NCBI RefSeq assembly: GCF_050920415.1
Contig: NZ_CP169309.1
Source: Escherichia coli
GTDB taxonomy: Bacteria > Pseudomonadota > Gammaproteobacteria > Enterobacterales > Enterobacteriaceae
Direction: 5' to 3' (one strand)
DNA: 64,000 bases
Part shown: positions 8,302 through 17,490 of the stretch, in pieces
Numbering within the stretch: position 1 is the stretch's first letter
Layout of the letters: each line of letters opens with the position of its first letter
Notes under the pieces: model-generated
Databases searched by the model: none
What the model was told of the DNA's origin: nothing
Seen by the model: only the letters and a program-made list of their open reading frames with translations
Translations under genes and position numbers: made by a program

Positions 8302-9689
8302 CCACTCCAGTATGGCGTAACGATGATCTGGAAGGCGCTGTCATTGGCGCGTTTTTTCTGCGTGGGGCAGATCATGAAGTGATGGATATTCTGGCCACAC
8401 TGCCAGCGGACGTTTTTTCTGTACGAGCGTATAGGGATATCTACACAGGCATCTGCCGACAGGCTCGTGTTTCAGGTGTGATTGATCCTGTGCTGCTGTG
8501 TAATGAAATGCCGGAACTTGCTCCGGTGATTACTGATACCGGGCGTAAAACCTGGGTGAAGTCTTCACTGGAGCACTATGTTGCAGCGTTGCGGCGCAAT
8601 GCTGCATTGCGTGATGCAGAAAAAACACTGAATGAGGCGCTGCAGAAATTACGTGATGCGCATACCTGTGAAGCAGCTGAAGATGTCCTGAAGGATGCGC
8701 AGAACATGATGGCTTCATTGTCGACGGAAAAGGGCATTATTCAGCCGATACATATTGATGATGTGCTTCCGGAGGTGGTTGAGCGTGTTGAATGCCGGAA
8801 TCAGGGACTGGAGAAATCCAGAACGTTGATGACCGGTATTGAGGAGCTGGACGCAAAGACAGGTGGCATGGAGCCCGGCGACCTGGTGTTCATTGCGGCT
8901 CGTCCGTCAATGGGCAAAACCGAACTGGCGCTGGATATCATCGACAAGGTGACTGAGCAGGGGCATGGTGTTCTTCTGTTCACAATGGAAATGGCGAACA
9001 TCCAGATTGGTGAACGCATGGTATCTGCGGCTGGAGGAATGCCGGTATCACGCCTGAAATCTGTCACTCACTTTGAAGATGAAGACTGGGCGCGTTTCTC
9101 ACAAGGGGTGGGACGGATGACCGGTCGCAATATCTGGATGGTGGACCAGGCGAATCTGACCATTGATGAGATATGCGCAACAACGAAACACCACCTGATT
9201 AAACATCCGGAAACGGCGCTGGTGGTGGTTGATTATCTCGGGCTGATAAAAACCCGGAGCACGGGGCGTCATGACCTTGCCGTGGGTGAAATCTCAAAGG
9301 GGCTTAAAGGCCTGGCAAAATCCGGTGGTTTTCCGTTGATTGCGCTGAGCCAGCTCTCCCGCGGTGTGGAGTCCAGGCCCAATAAACGCCCCATGAACTC
9401 AGACCTGAAAAATTCCGGAGAAATAGAGGCGGATGCAGACATCATTCTGATGCTTTACAGGGATGAAGTGTACAACCCGGATACGCAGGCCAGGGGCATC
9501 GCAGAAATCAATATCACGAAACAACGTAACGGTTCTCTGGGGACAATTTACCGGCGTTTTTATAACGGACATTTTCTGCCTGTAGACCAGGAAAGCGCAC
9601 AGGTTCTTTCCACCCCAATGCAGCCGCCTCAGCCGCGCAGATACAGCAATAAACGAACCGACAGTAGTAAGATGGAGCGTTTCTTTTGA
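8298..9689 (+). CDS. DnaB-family replicative helicase
   Basis: RecA-like core with Walker A (ARPSMGKTELAL) and DnaB-type motifs (DYLGLI, ALSQLSRGVE). Confidence 0.85.
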   Translation: MTTPVWRNDDLEGAVIGAFFLRGADHEVMDILATLPADVFSVRAYRDIYTGICRQARVSGVIDPVLLCNEMPELAPVITDTGRKTWVKSSLEHYVAALRRNAALRDAEKTLNEALQKLRDAHTCEAAEDVLKDAQNMMASLSTEKGIIQPIHIDDVLPEVVERVECRNQGLEKSRTLMTGIEELDAKTGGMEPGDLVFIAARPSMGKTELALDIIDKVTEQGHGVLLFTMEMANIQIGERMVSAAGGMPVSRLKSVTHFEDEDWARFSQGVGRMTGRNIWMVDQANLTIDEICATTKHHLIKHPETALVVVDYLGLIKTRSTGRHDLAVGEISKGLKGLAKSGGFPLIALSQLSRGVESRPNKRPMNSDLKNSGEIEADADIILMLYRDEVYNPDTQARGIAEINITKQRNGSLGTIYRRFYNGHFLPVDQESAQVLSTPMQPPQPRRYSNKRTDSSKMERFF

Positions 9690-9943
9690 ACAACCAGACA
9701 ATGACTTTTACCCCTGAACAATTACGCAAACAGGCGCAGGAAATGCTGCGACAGGCGGAACAACTGGAAAAATCAGGCGTAACAAAAGATGCCATTCGTC
9801 GGGATATGGTACCCGCGCTCAGAGAACTGATGCAGGCAAAACACCGCGCACAAAAAGCGGTGGATGAGCTGGTGGATTGTGTGGCAGAGCTGGAAACAAA
9901 AGTTGGAAAATTTGAAAAACTGGTGCAGGAGGTACTGCGCTGA
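9686..9943 (+). CDS. Small hypothetical coiled-coil protein (probable start at ATG 9701)
   Basis: Track ORF between the helicase and the Q-like gene; no family recognised. Confidence 0.4.
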   Translation: MNNQTMTFTPEQLRKQAQEMLRQAEQLEKSGVTKDAIRRDMVPALRELMQAKHRAQKAVDELVDCVAELETKVGKFEKLVQEVLR

Positions 9944-10308
9944 TGCGTGATATTCAGATGGTTCTTGAGCGTTGGGGGGCGTGGGTGGCAAATAACCACG
10001 AAGATGTTACCTGGTCGTCGATTGCTGCGGGATTCAAAGGACTGATTCCGTCAAAGGTTAAGTCACGTCCGCAATGTTGTGACGATGACGCGATGATCAT
10101 TTGTGGTTGCATGGCTCGTCTGAAAAAGAACAACCGTGACTTGCATGATCTGCTCGTGGATTATTACGTTGGGGGAATGACTTTTATGGCGCTTGCAAGG
10201 AAACATGGACGTTCAGATTGCTGGGTTGGTCGTTTGTTGCAAAAAGCAGAGGGGATCGTGGCTGGTATGTTAATGATGTTGGATGTCAAACTAGAGATGG
10301 AATATTAA
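9943..10308 (+). CDS. Late-gene antiterminator, Q-like (short QuuD-type)
   Basis: 121 aa; sequence ([24 protein letters not shown]...[20 protein letters not shown]) closely resembles what I recall of DLP12 QuuD; lies just upstream of the late/lysis region. Confidence 0.65.
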   Translation: MRDIQMVLERWGAWVANNHEDVTWSSIAAGFKGLIPSKVKSRPQCCDDDAMIICGCMARLKKNNRDLHDLLVDYYVGGMTFMALARKHGRSDCWVGRLLQKAEGIVAGMLMMLDVKLEMEY

Positions 10309-10475
10309 TTTAATTCTCATAGAATTCTTTTCTTTATGAGGGGCGAATAATGCCCCTAAACTAGAATATTATAGCTGCCTCATTATCTGGGCAGCATTAG
10401 GTTGTTGAGTGGTTTTCGCTATTAAAGCAATCATTCAAAAGGTATAAAATATGAAGCTGGGTTCTATATTAACGC

Positions 10476-11663
10476 TTACTCCATGCTAAGTGAATCCTGA
10501 TAGCGCTTAAATGCCTCCGCGAAAGCTAGAGCAGCATCAGCATTTGATACCATGTATTCTTCTGTAATGCCTGTTTGGGACTGGAAATATAACTTTCCAT
10601 AAATGCAAATTGGGATTTGATAGTTATCTTTAAATCGTCGGTCTGGTGAGCCATCTTTATTTGTTTTTGCCCATGTATGCCCAGCTATGCTGGCATCACT
10701 CGGAACACCATCCTCTTCATGGAACCCTTGATGCTGCGCATTAATTTGTAATTCCCGTAAGTCAATCAGAGCAAATGCCCCATCGGGGCGAGGAATTACA
10801 GCAATACCCGGATAAAGCAATATATCGTCGCCATTGACATTTTCAAATCGCATTGCTCTTCCAGTAAAACGAATTAGATCTGTTGAAGCGAAATCAAATA
10901 CGACTGGATGACGATCAACTGCTCGTGTAGCTAACGTCCTTTCTGCAAACTGATCTATAGCTTTATCTGCGGTAATATCCCATTTTTTGATACTTGATTT
11001 TAAAATATCGAAAGCACGAATCATTGCTGCATAAGCCCGCTGTGAGGAATCGCTGGTTTCGAAATTAATGACGATTTTAGTGTTATCTTCCCAGGATACA
11101 AGACGAGATACTTCTGCTTGTATTTGTGGTAGCGTTGCTTCAAGTTCTGCAATGCGACGTTTATAAAACCATCGAAACAGGCTTGATTTACGTCGAGCCA
11201 ATTCACTCTTTTGTCTTGATTCTTCTGCAAGAGCCTCTTGTAAGTCAGATGCTATTTCCGCTCTTTGTTCTCGTGCTTTAACGATCAAGTCTCGTAAAGG
11301 TAAAAGAGATGTACTTGTCAAGGCCTCTACTGAGGCACTGGAGATTTCATTCATGCCTGTTTGTGGCATGTACATTTTTGCGTTTGATGGGGTGTTGTCT
11401 GAAATTAACTCGGGTGCATCAATATGAGATTCTACAGACGACGGATTTAGCTGAATGGTTGTGGATGGTTTGTCTTTGTATGGTAAACGAGGGGATGTAT
11501 ACGATAAACCAGATCCTGGTAACCCTAGAGTTGCTTTAATTCCTTTTTGGTTAACATTAACTGTGGCTCCGGGGACACCAAAACTTGCGCTTACCCCATG
11601 TTTACCGATGTTAAGGCGTACTCCGGGGAAAATGGTAAAAGTTTGTCTGAAGCGAAGAGACAT
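10476..11663 (-). CDS. Cargo protein with DUF4236-like N-terminus, central coiled coil and uncharacterised C-terminal domain (395 aa)
   Basis: Long ORF opposite to the late operon in the Q-to-lysis slot; N-terminus LRFRQTFTIFPGVRLNIGKHGVSASFGVPGATVNVN matches the DUF4236 pattern; no signal peptide or TM segment. Confidence 0.75.
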   Translation of the reverse strand: MSLRFRQTFTIFPGVRLNIGKHGVSASFGVPGATVNVNQKGIKATLGLPGSGLSYTSPRLPYKDKPSTTIQLNPSSVESHIDAPELISDNTPSNAKMYMPQTGMNEISSASVEALTSTSLLPLRDLIVKAREQRAEIASDLQEALAEESRQKSELARRKSSLFRWFYKRRIAELEATLPQIQAEVSRLVSWEDNTKIVINFETSDSSQRAYAAMIRAFDILKSSIKKWDITADKAIDQFAERTLATRAVDRHPVVFDFASTDLIRFTGRAMRFENVNGDDILLYPGIAVIPRPDGAFALIDLRELQINAQHQGFHEEDGVPSDASIAGHTWAKTNKDGSPDRRFKDNYQIPICIYGKLYFQSQTGITEEYMVSNADAALAFAEAFKRYQDSLSME

Positions 11664-11693
11664 AAGATAATCCCTGTGTAGTAATGTCTAAAG

Positions 11694-11716
11694 TTACATT
11701 CCATACTGGAATGTAA
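11694..11716. promoter_or_regulatory. Perfect inverted repeat TTACATTCCA-tac-TGGAATGTAA upstream of the cargo gene (candidate operator)
   Basis: 10-bp arms with 3-bp spacer, 30-55 bp upstream of the start codon at 11663. Confidence 0.35.
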
Positions 11717-11854
11717 TACTGCGATGAGACACGAGGCTCATTAAGGATTTTGGCATTTTGCTGACATAAATTCTATAAAAATTATGGTGATAAACGTTTT
11801 ACAATCGTAAAAAAACAAATATGCTGTTAAGAGTGGTACTACGCCACACAGCTT

Positions 11855-11881
11855 AAACCCGCCGATGAGCGGGTTTTTTTG
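11855..11881 (+). terminator. Intrinsic terminator
   Basis: CCCGC-cgatga-GCGGG followed by TTTTTTT. Confidence 0.55.
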
Positions 11882-11890
11882 TGCACAGAA

Positions 11891-11913
11891 AACCCCCAGC
11901 TAGGCTGGGGGTT
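11891..11913 (-). terminator. Hairpin, probable leftward terminator
   Basis: AACCCCCAGC-tag-GCTGGGGGTT perfect inverted repeat; a T-run follows on the minus strand. Confidence 0.4.
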
Positions 11914-12036
11914 CCGGAAAGCTTTCAGCTTTGAGCCAGTTATTAAAACCCCTTTTGATTTGTTAAAACACCTTGCGGTCTGGCAACTTCTTAACTCACT
12001 TATTGTTTCCACCCATGTTTTTGGATACCTGCTGTA

Positions 12037-12074
12037 GCTGTCAGATTAGCGCGATAATCTGACAGCTTTTTTTT
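12037..12074 (+). terminator. Strong intrinsic terminator
   Basis: 12-bp stem GCTGTCAGATTA / TAATCTGACAGC followed by TTTTTTTT. Confidence 0.65.
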
Positions 12075-12363
12075 ACAACGAATCCTTCTGATCTGCTTTT
12101 GCGGGGCTTTTTTGTATCCGCTCCATGCCCGGCGTATAAGCGGAGGTTGGTCAGTTTTCTAAAAATTGAAATACCTCACAATTCAGCCAGTTAATGGTTG
12201 TTTGTCTGGCGAAGAGTTTGTAAATAAAAAAACGCATGGTGAATCCCCCTAAGCGGCGGGGCGAATCAGCAGTCAGTTCTGGGATAATCGCGGGTTCGTA
12301 TGCTGATGCCGGACTCACCGGGAGGCACCCGGCACCATGCATCATGGTCATCCCCTTGTATGA

Positions 12364-12389
12364 TACCCCTCTCCGGAGGGGTATTTTTT
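12364..12389 (+). terminator. Intrinsic terminator
   Basis: TACCCCT-ctccgg-AGGGGTA followed by TTTTTT. Confidence 0.55.
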
Positions 12390-12821
12390 GGATAAAAAAG
12401 CCCGCGCTGGGAGGCACGGGCGGCAAGGAATAAAACGTGAAGAAATTTTCACAGGCGCATAATAATCCGATGTTGCCAGATTTTGCAACTGCATCATCTG
12501 GTTATTATGTGAGCTGGAAAATCAGATTCTGTATGGACTGAAGCCATGCTGTTATTCAGGGCCAAAGAACGGACTTTTTCTTCCGCCTTTCAGGTAACGA
12601 TTAATGAGAAAAAGACTGAAATGCCCCCTCGGGGAGGAGGATAGTAGAAAAAAGAACCCGCCAGCAAAAATATTGGGGGGATGAACAGCTTTCGCTACTC
12701 TGGTTGCTGGCGGGTATAGCTCCTCATGAATAAGAATGTCGCGGTATTTTTTAATGGAAATGAGAATCATTGTCAACTGATTGCGTGTGTTGTCTTCATA
12801 CATGACTGGTAAAGGTGATTC

Positions 12822-12854
12822 AGGCCATCAGAGTTTTGCTGATGGCCTTTTTTC
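12822..12854 (+). terminator. tR'-like terminator immediately upstream of the holin gene
   Basis: AGGCCATCAG-agttttg-CTGATGGCCT followed by TTTTTTC, ~35 bp before the holin start. Confidence 0.55.
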
Positions 12855-12886
12855 TTTCCGGTAGCACAGGTCTGTCGGGGCGGGAT

Positions 12887-13102
12887 ATGTATCAGATGGA
12901 AAAAATATCAACAGGCATTGCCTACGGCACCTCCGCAGGCAGTGCTGGCTACTGGTTTTTACAGTGGCTTGATCAGGTCAGCCCGTCACAGTGGGCTGCG
13001 ATTGGTGTACTGGGAAGTCTGGTTCTGGGCTTTCTGACTTATCTGACGAATCTGTACTTCAAAATCAGAGAAGACAGAAGAAAGGCTGCGAGAGGAGAGT
13101 AA
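12887..13102 (+). CDS. Pinholin, phage-21 S21-like (71 aa)
   Basis: [71 protein letters not shown] matches what I recall of S21; track ORF 12815 trimmed to the Met after the terminator. Confidence 0.8.
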   Translation: MYQMEKISTGIAYGTSAGSAGYWFLQWLDQVSPSQWAAIGVLGSLVLGFLTYLTNLYFKIREDRRKAARGE

Positions 13103-13106
13103 TATA

Positions 13107-13457
13107 ATGGTCCAAAACTATGAAATGATTGTGAAAGGGATCCGCAATTTTGAGAATAAAGTTACGGTAACTTTAGCATTACAGGACAAAGAACGCTTTG
13201 ACGGTGAAATTTTTGACCTGGACATCTCGCTGGACCGTGTTGAAGGTGCCGCGCTGGAGTTTTATGAGGCAGTAGCCAGAAGGAGCATCAGACAGGTCTT
13301 CCTGGATGTTGCTGCCGGGTTATGTGAAGGGGATGAGCAGTCGCCGGAAAAGCGCCCCGTAATTTTAGAGGCGCAGAATGTGTGGATAACCTACAAAGGA
13401 AAGCTACCAGGAAGAATTACTGGTTCTCTGAAGACTCCTCCGGAATCACAACCTTAA
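13107..13457 (+). CDS. Hypothetical 116-aa protein embedded in the lysis cassette
   Basis: Starts 4 bp after the pinholin stop and ends 63 bp before the endolysin; soluble, acidic, no family recognised. Confidence 0.5.
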   Translation: MVQNYEMIVKGIRNFENKVTVTLALQDKERFDGEIFDLDISLDRVEGAALEFYEAVARRSIRQVFLDVAAGLCEGDEQSPEKRPVILEAQNVWITYKGKLPGRITGSLKTPPESQP

Positions 13458-13520
13458 GTCACTGACCGGAACAGATAAACCTGTCCGTGGGCAGAAACCG
13501 ATAAATCCTGATAAATATCC

Positions 13521-14054
13521 ATGAACGCAAAAATCAGATACGGCCTGTCGGCTGCCGTTCTGGCACTGATTGCCGTCGGTGCTCCCGCGCCTGATATTCT
13601 CGACCAGTTTCTGGATGAAAAAGAAGGTAACCACACAACGGCATACCGCGATGGTTCCGGCATCTGGACCATCTGTCGGGGTGCCACGATGGTGGATGGA
13701 AAACCCGTTTTTCCCGGTATGAAACTGTCGAAGGAAAAATGCGACCAGGTTAACGCCATTGAACGTGATAAGGCGCTGGCATGGGTGGAGCGCAATATTA
13801 AAGTACCACTGACCGAACCACAGAAAGCGGGTATAGCGTCATTTTGTCCCTATAACATTGGCCCCGGTAAGTGTTTCCCGTCGACGTTTTATAAGCGGCT
13901 GAATGCCGGTGATCGTAAGGGTGCATGCGAGGCGATTCGCTGGTGGATAAAAGATGGTGGGCGCGATTGCCGCATACGTTCAAATAACTGCTATGGACAG
14001 GTTATTCGTCGTGACCAGGAAAGCGCATTAGCCTGTTGGGGGATAGATCAGTGA
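13521..14054 (+). CDS. SAR endolysin (GH24 T4-lysozyme-like with N-terminal signal-anchor-release segment)
   Basis: Hydrophobic N-terminus ([15 protein letters not shown]) then catalytic E-D-T region ([20 protein letters not shown]). Confidence 0.8.
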   Translation: MNAKIRYGLSAAVLALIAVGAPAPDILDQFLDEKEGNHTTAYRDGSGIWTICRGATMVDGKPVFPGMKLSKEKCDQVNAIERDKALAWVERNIKVPLTEPQKAGIASFCPYNIGPGKCFPSTFYKRLNAGDRKGACEAIRWWIKDGGRDCRIRSNNCYGQVIRRDQESALACWGIDQ

Positions 14055-14515
14055 GCAGAGTCGCCGCGATTATTTATGCTCTGGTTATCTGCATCATCGT
14101 CTGCCTGTCGTGGGCGGTCAATCATTACCGTGATAACGCCATCGCCTACAAAGAACAGCGTGATAAAAAAGTCAGTGAGCTGAAGCAGGCGATCGCCACC
14201 ATCGCTGACATGCAGCAGCGTCAGCGTGATGTTGCTGCGCTCGATGCAAAGTACTCGAGAGAATTAGCCAATGCGAAAGCTGAAAATGAAACTCTGCGCG
14301 CTGATGTTGCCGCTGGTCGTCGTCGGTTGCACATCAAAGCAGTCTGTCAGTCAGTGCGTGAAGCCACCACCGCCTCCGGCGTGGATAATGCAACCAGCCC
14401 CCGACTGGCAGACACCGCTGAACGGGATTATTTCACCCTCAGAGAGCGGCTGATGACGATGCAGATGCAACTGGAAGGGGCACAGGAGTATATCCGCACT
14501 CAGTGCATTAAGTAG
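14051..14515 (+). CDS. Rz i-spanin
   Basis: GTG start overlapping the endolysin stop (GTGA); N-terminal TM ([19 protein letters not shown]) and coiled coils; closely resembles lambda Rz as recalled. Confidence 0.75.
   Translation: MSRVAAIIYALVICIIVCLSWAVNHYRDNAIAYKEQRDKKVSELKQAIATIADMQQRQRDVAALDAKYSRELANAKAENETLRADVAAGRRRLHIKAVCQSVREATTASGVDNATSPRLADTAERDYFTLRERLMTMQMQLEGAQEYIRTQCIK
14271..14453 (+). CDS. Rz1 o-spanin lipoprotein embedded in Rz (+1 frame)
   Basis: 60 aa with lipobox LPLVVVGC and PPPPP tract; near-identical to lambda Rz1 as recalled. Confidence 0.75.
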   Translation: MRKLKMKLCALMLPLVVVGCTSKQSVSQCVKPPPPPAWIMQPAPDWQTPLNGIISPSESG

Positions 14516-14557
14516 CCTTTTTATCGTGGTAAACATTTCGCAGGGTATGAGGTATTT

Positions 14558-14908
14558 ATGCCATCACGAATCCCACGCGCCTGCCGTAAGCGTGGATGTG
14601 CAGGTACAACCACAGACAGTTCTGGTTACTGCGATAAACATCGTGGCGAAGGATGGGTACAGCATCAACGCGGACTGAGCCGCCACCAGCGTGGCTATGG
14701 CTCGAAATGGGATGCCATACGTGCGCGCATACTGAAGCGTGATAATCATCTGTGTCAGAACTGCCTGCGCAATGGGAGAGCCGTTGAAGCCAGAACTGTG
14801 GACCACATCATTCCGAAAGCTCATGGTGGCACGGATGCAGACAGTAACCTGCAGAGTCTGTGCTGGCCCTGTCATAAAGCAAAAACAGCGCGCGAACGCA
14901 TCAATTGA
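14558..14908 (+). CDS. HNH endonuclease (terminase-associated)
   Basis: Cys-rich HNH motif (HLCQNCL...DHIIPKAHGG...CWPCH) directly upstream of terS/terL. Confidence 0.75.
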   Translation: MPSRIPRACRKRGCAGTTTDSSGYCDKHRGEGWVQHQRGLSRHQRGYGSKWDAIRARILKRDNHLCQNCLRNGRAVEARTVDHIIPKAHGGTDADSNLQSLCWPCHKAKTARERIN

Positions 14909-15056
14909 TAACAGTTCCCATCTGTAGGGGAGGGGCGGGTCAAATCTCTGCAACCCTGGCTGCTCAGTACCGCCGCCTGACCCTTCCTCACATCGCCGCA
15001 GGTTCGAAAACTTTTTTTTGGAAATGTGAACAAACGATTGATAGGTAAGACCGATT

Positions 15057-15539
15057 ATGTCAGGACCTCCGAAAACCCCGCCACGCCTGCATTTGATACG
15101 AGGCAACCCCTCAAAGCGTCCCGTTAAAGACCACAAAAAAACCGCTAAAAAGGATGAAAAAGGTCTTCCTAAAATTCCGCAGCATTTAGGGGCTCAGGGG
15201 AAGTACTGGTTCAGGCGAATGGCGGAAGAGCTGAATGCGGAAGGGATCATTTCTCAGCTTGATGCACGTGCGCTCGAGTTGCTGGTGGAAGCCTACACCG
15301 AATATCGGCATCACTGCGAAACACTCGATGTTGAGGGGTATACTTACCGCACGGAAACGCAGAGCGGTGATGTACTGATTAAGGCGCACCCCGCGGCGGC
15401 AATGAAAGCGGATGCCTGGAAGCGGATCCGGGCAATGCTTGCAGAGTTTGGTATGTCACCGGCAAGCCGGGCTAAAGTAAATATCGCCGGACCGGATGAT
15501 GTTGATCCGCTGGCGGAGCTTTTAAAAGCGAGAGACTGA
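15057..15539 (+). CDS. Terminase small subunit (P27-family-like)
   Basis: Position before TerL and after HNH; basic N-terminus. Confidence 0.65.
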   Translation: MSGPPKTPPRLHLIRGNPSKRPVKDHKKTAKKDEKGLPKIPQHLGAQGKYWFRRMAEELNAEGIISQLDARALELLVEAYTEYRHHCETLDVEGYTYRTETQSGDVLIKAHPAAAMKADAWKRIRAMLAEFGMSPASRAKVNIAGPDDVDPLAELLKARD

Positions 15540-17296
15540 TGGCAAAAGTGGCTGACGGGATCCGCTACGCCGAACGTGTTGTTGCAGGAGAAATTGTTGC
15601 TGGCGAATTTGTCCGCCTGGCCTGCCAGCGTTTTCTTGATGATCTGAAGTACGGCGAAGAGCGGGGGATTTATTTCAGTGAACCCCGTGCGCAGCACATC
15701 CTGAATTTCTACAAATTTGTGCCTCATGTAAAAGGGGCGCTGGCAGGCCAGCCCATTGAGTTGATGGACTGGCATGTATTTATCCTCATTAATATTTTTG
15801 GTTTTGTCATTCCGCTGGTCAATGAAGAGACCGGGGAAGTTGTCATGCGCAGCGATGGCAGCGGACGTCCGGTGATGGTGCGCCGGTTCCGGACGGCGTA
15901 CAACGAAGTCGCCCGTAAAAACGCAAAATCAACTCTGTCATCGGGTATCGGCCTGTATATGACGGGGGCAGATGGTGAAGGCGGAGCTGAGGTGTATTCA
16001 GCCGCAACCACGCGTGACCAGGCCAGAATCGTGTTTGAAGACGCCAAAAATATGGTCAGAAAAGCCCGGTCGACACTCGGGCGGTTGTTTGATTTCAACA
16101 AGCTGGCGATTTACCAGGAGCAGAGCGCATCAAAATTTGAACCGCTTTCTTCGGATGCAAACAACCTGGATGGTCTGAACATTCACTGCGCCATTATTGA
16201 TGAGCTGCATGCACATAAAACCCGTGACGTGTGGGACGTTCTGGAAACGGCAACCGGTGCTCGTCTGCAGTCCCTTTTATTTGGTATCACCACGGCAGGG
16301 TTTAACAAGGAAGGGATTTGTTACGAGCAGCGTGATTACGCCATCAAGGTATTGCGTGGCTATAACAGCGACGTGGAGGGCGCGGTAAAAGACGACTCCT
16401 ACTTTGCGATTATTTACACCCTCGATGAGGGAGATGATCCGTTTGATGAAACGGTCTGGCAGAAAGCGAATCCCGGCCTGGGCATCTGTAAACGCTGGGA
16501 TGATCTGCGTCGCTTGGCGAAAAAAGCGAAAGAACAGGTCTCTGCTCGGGTGAATTTTTTTACCAAACACATGAATGTGTGGGTAACAGCAGAGTCTGCC
16601 TGGATGGACATGATTAAGTGGGAGAAGTGCGAATACATTGCCCCACGACATGAGCTGAAAACGTATCCCATGTGGGTCGGCGTTGACCTTGCTCATAAGA
16701 TTGATATCTGTGCGGCGGCAAAACTCTGGCGAACGGATAACGGGCATGTTCATGCCGATTTTAAATTCTGGCTTCCGGAAGGACGGCTGGAACGATGCTC
16801 GCGGCAGCAGGCAGAACTTTACCGGAAGTGGGCGGAGATGGATAAGCTGATTCTGACGGATGGTGATGTTATCGATCATGCTCAGATAAAAAGTGACTTA
16901 CTGGAATGGATTGGTGGTGAAAACCTCAGGGAACTGGGATTTGACCCGTGGAGCGCGATGCAGTTCAGCCTGGCACTGGCTGAAGAAGGGATACCGCTGG
17001 TGGAGGTTCCGCAGACGGTTCGCAATCTGTCAGAGGCCATGAAGGAAACGGAATCACTGGTCTATGCCGGGCGTTTCCATCACAGCAATCATCCGGTCAT
17101 GAACTGGATGATGTCTAACGTTACGGTAAAACCGGACAAAAACGACAATATCTTCCCGAATAAATCCACGCTGGAAGCCAAAATCGACGGTCCTGTTGCG
17201 ATGTTTACAGCAATGAGCCGGATGCTGGTCAATGGCGGTGAACCGGAGCCGGATCTGTCTGAGCATCTGGTCAGCGTTGGTATCCGCTCGCTTTAA
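15539..17296 (+). CDS. Terminase large subunit
   Basis: 585 aa with ATPase N-domain and nuclease C-domain architecture; overlaps terS stop. Confidence 0.9.
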   Translation: MAKVADGIRYAERVVAGEIVAGEFVRLACQRFLDDLKYGEERGIYFSEPRAQHILNFYKFVPHVKGALAGQPIELMDWHVFILINIFGFVIPLVNEETGEVVMRSDGSGRPVMVRRFRTAYNEVARKNAKSTLSSGIGLYMTGADGEGGAEVYSAATTRDQARIVFEDAKNMVRKARSTLGRLFDFNKLAIYQEQSASKFEPLSSDANNLDGLNIHCAIIDELHAHKTRDVWDVLETATGARLQSLLFGITTAGFNKEGICYEQRDYAIKVLRGYNSDVEGAVKDDSYFAIIYTLDEGDDPFDETVWQKANPGLGICKRWDDLRRLAKKAKEQVSARVNFFTKHMNVWVTAESAWMDMIKWEKCEYIAPRHELKTYPMWVGVDLAHKIDICAAAKLWRTDNGHVHADFKFWLPEGRLERCSRQQAELYRKWAEMDKLILTDGDVIDHAQIKSDLLEWIGGENLRELGFDPWSAMQFSLALAEEGIPLVEVPQTVRNLSEAMKETESLVYAGRFHHSNHPVMNWMMSNVTVKPDKNDNIFPNKSTLEAKIDGPVAMFTAMSRMLVNGGEPEPDLSEHLVSVGIRSL

Positions 17297-17307
17297 CCGA
17301 GGTCATT

Positions 17308-17490
17308 ATGTTTCTGATAATTCTCACGCCACTGGTGGGCGTGCTGGGGGCGCTTTTGCTGTCGTATGGCACATGGCTGATTTATCCCCCGGCAGGTTTT
17401 GTTGTTGCCGGGGGGCTGTGCCTGTGCTGGTCGTGGCTGGTTGCGCGTTATCTCGATCGTGGTCACCGGGTCGCCTCCGGAGGTGAGTAA
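17308..17490 (+). CDS. Small two-TM membrane protein (60 aa) between terminase and portal
   Basis: GAGGT SD 5 nt before ATG; stop overlaps portal ATG (TAATG); two hydrophobic helices. Confidence 0.45.
   Translation: MFLIILTPLVGVLGALLLSYGTWLIYPPAGFVVAGGLCLCWSWLVARYLDRGHRVASGGE

Noticed and set aside
12151-12803. Track ORFs 12151..12426 (-), 12236..12433 (+), 12552..12803 (-)
   Set aside because: Lie in the terminator-rich non-coding tract, lack SD, low-complexity translations.
11664-12886. tRNA genes in the Q-to-holin interval (common in Stx and related lambdoid phages)
   Set aside because: No GTTCGAATC-type T-arm motif, no cloverleaf-compatible acceptor/CCA arrangement by eye; the hairpins are followed by T-runs and look like terminators.
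10309-12886. Shiga toxin (stxAB) in the Q-to-S slot
   Set aside because: The only gene there is a single 395-aa minus-strand ORF without signal peptide; no A/B subunit pair.
14909-15056. cos site between HNH and terS
   Set aside because: GC-rich segment (GGGGAGGGGCGGGTC) is suggestive, but I cannot define cohesive ends from sequence alone.
14564-15136. Track ORF 14564..15136 (-), 190 aa
   Set aside because: Antisense to the HNH endonuclease gene and the terS start; Gly/Arg-rich low-complexity product.
16277-16879. Track ORF 16277..16879 (-), 200 aa
   Set aside because: Entirely inside and antisense to the terminase large subunit gene.
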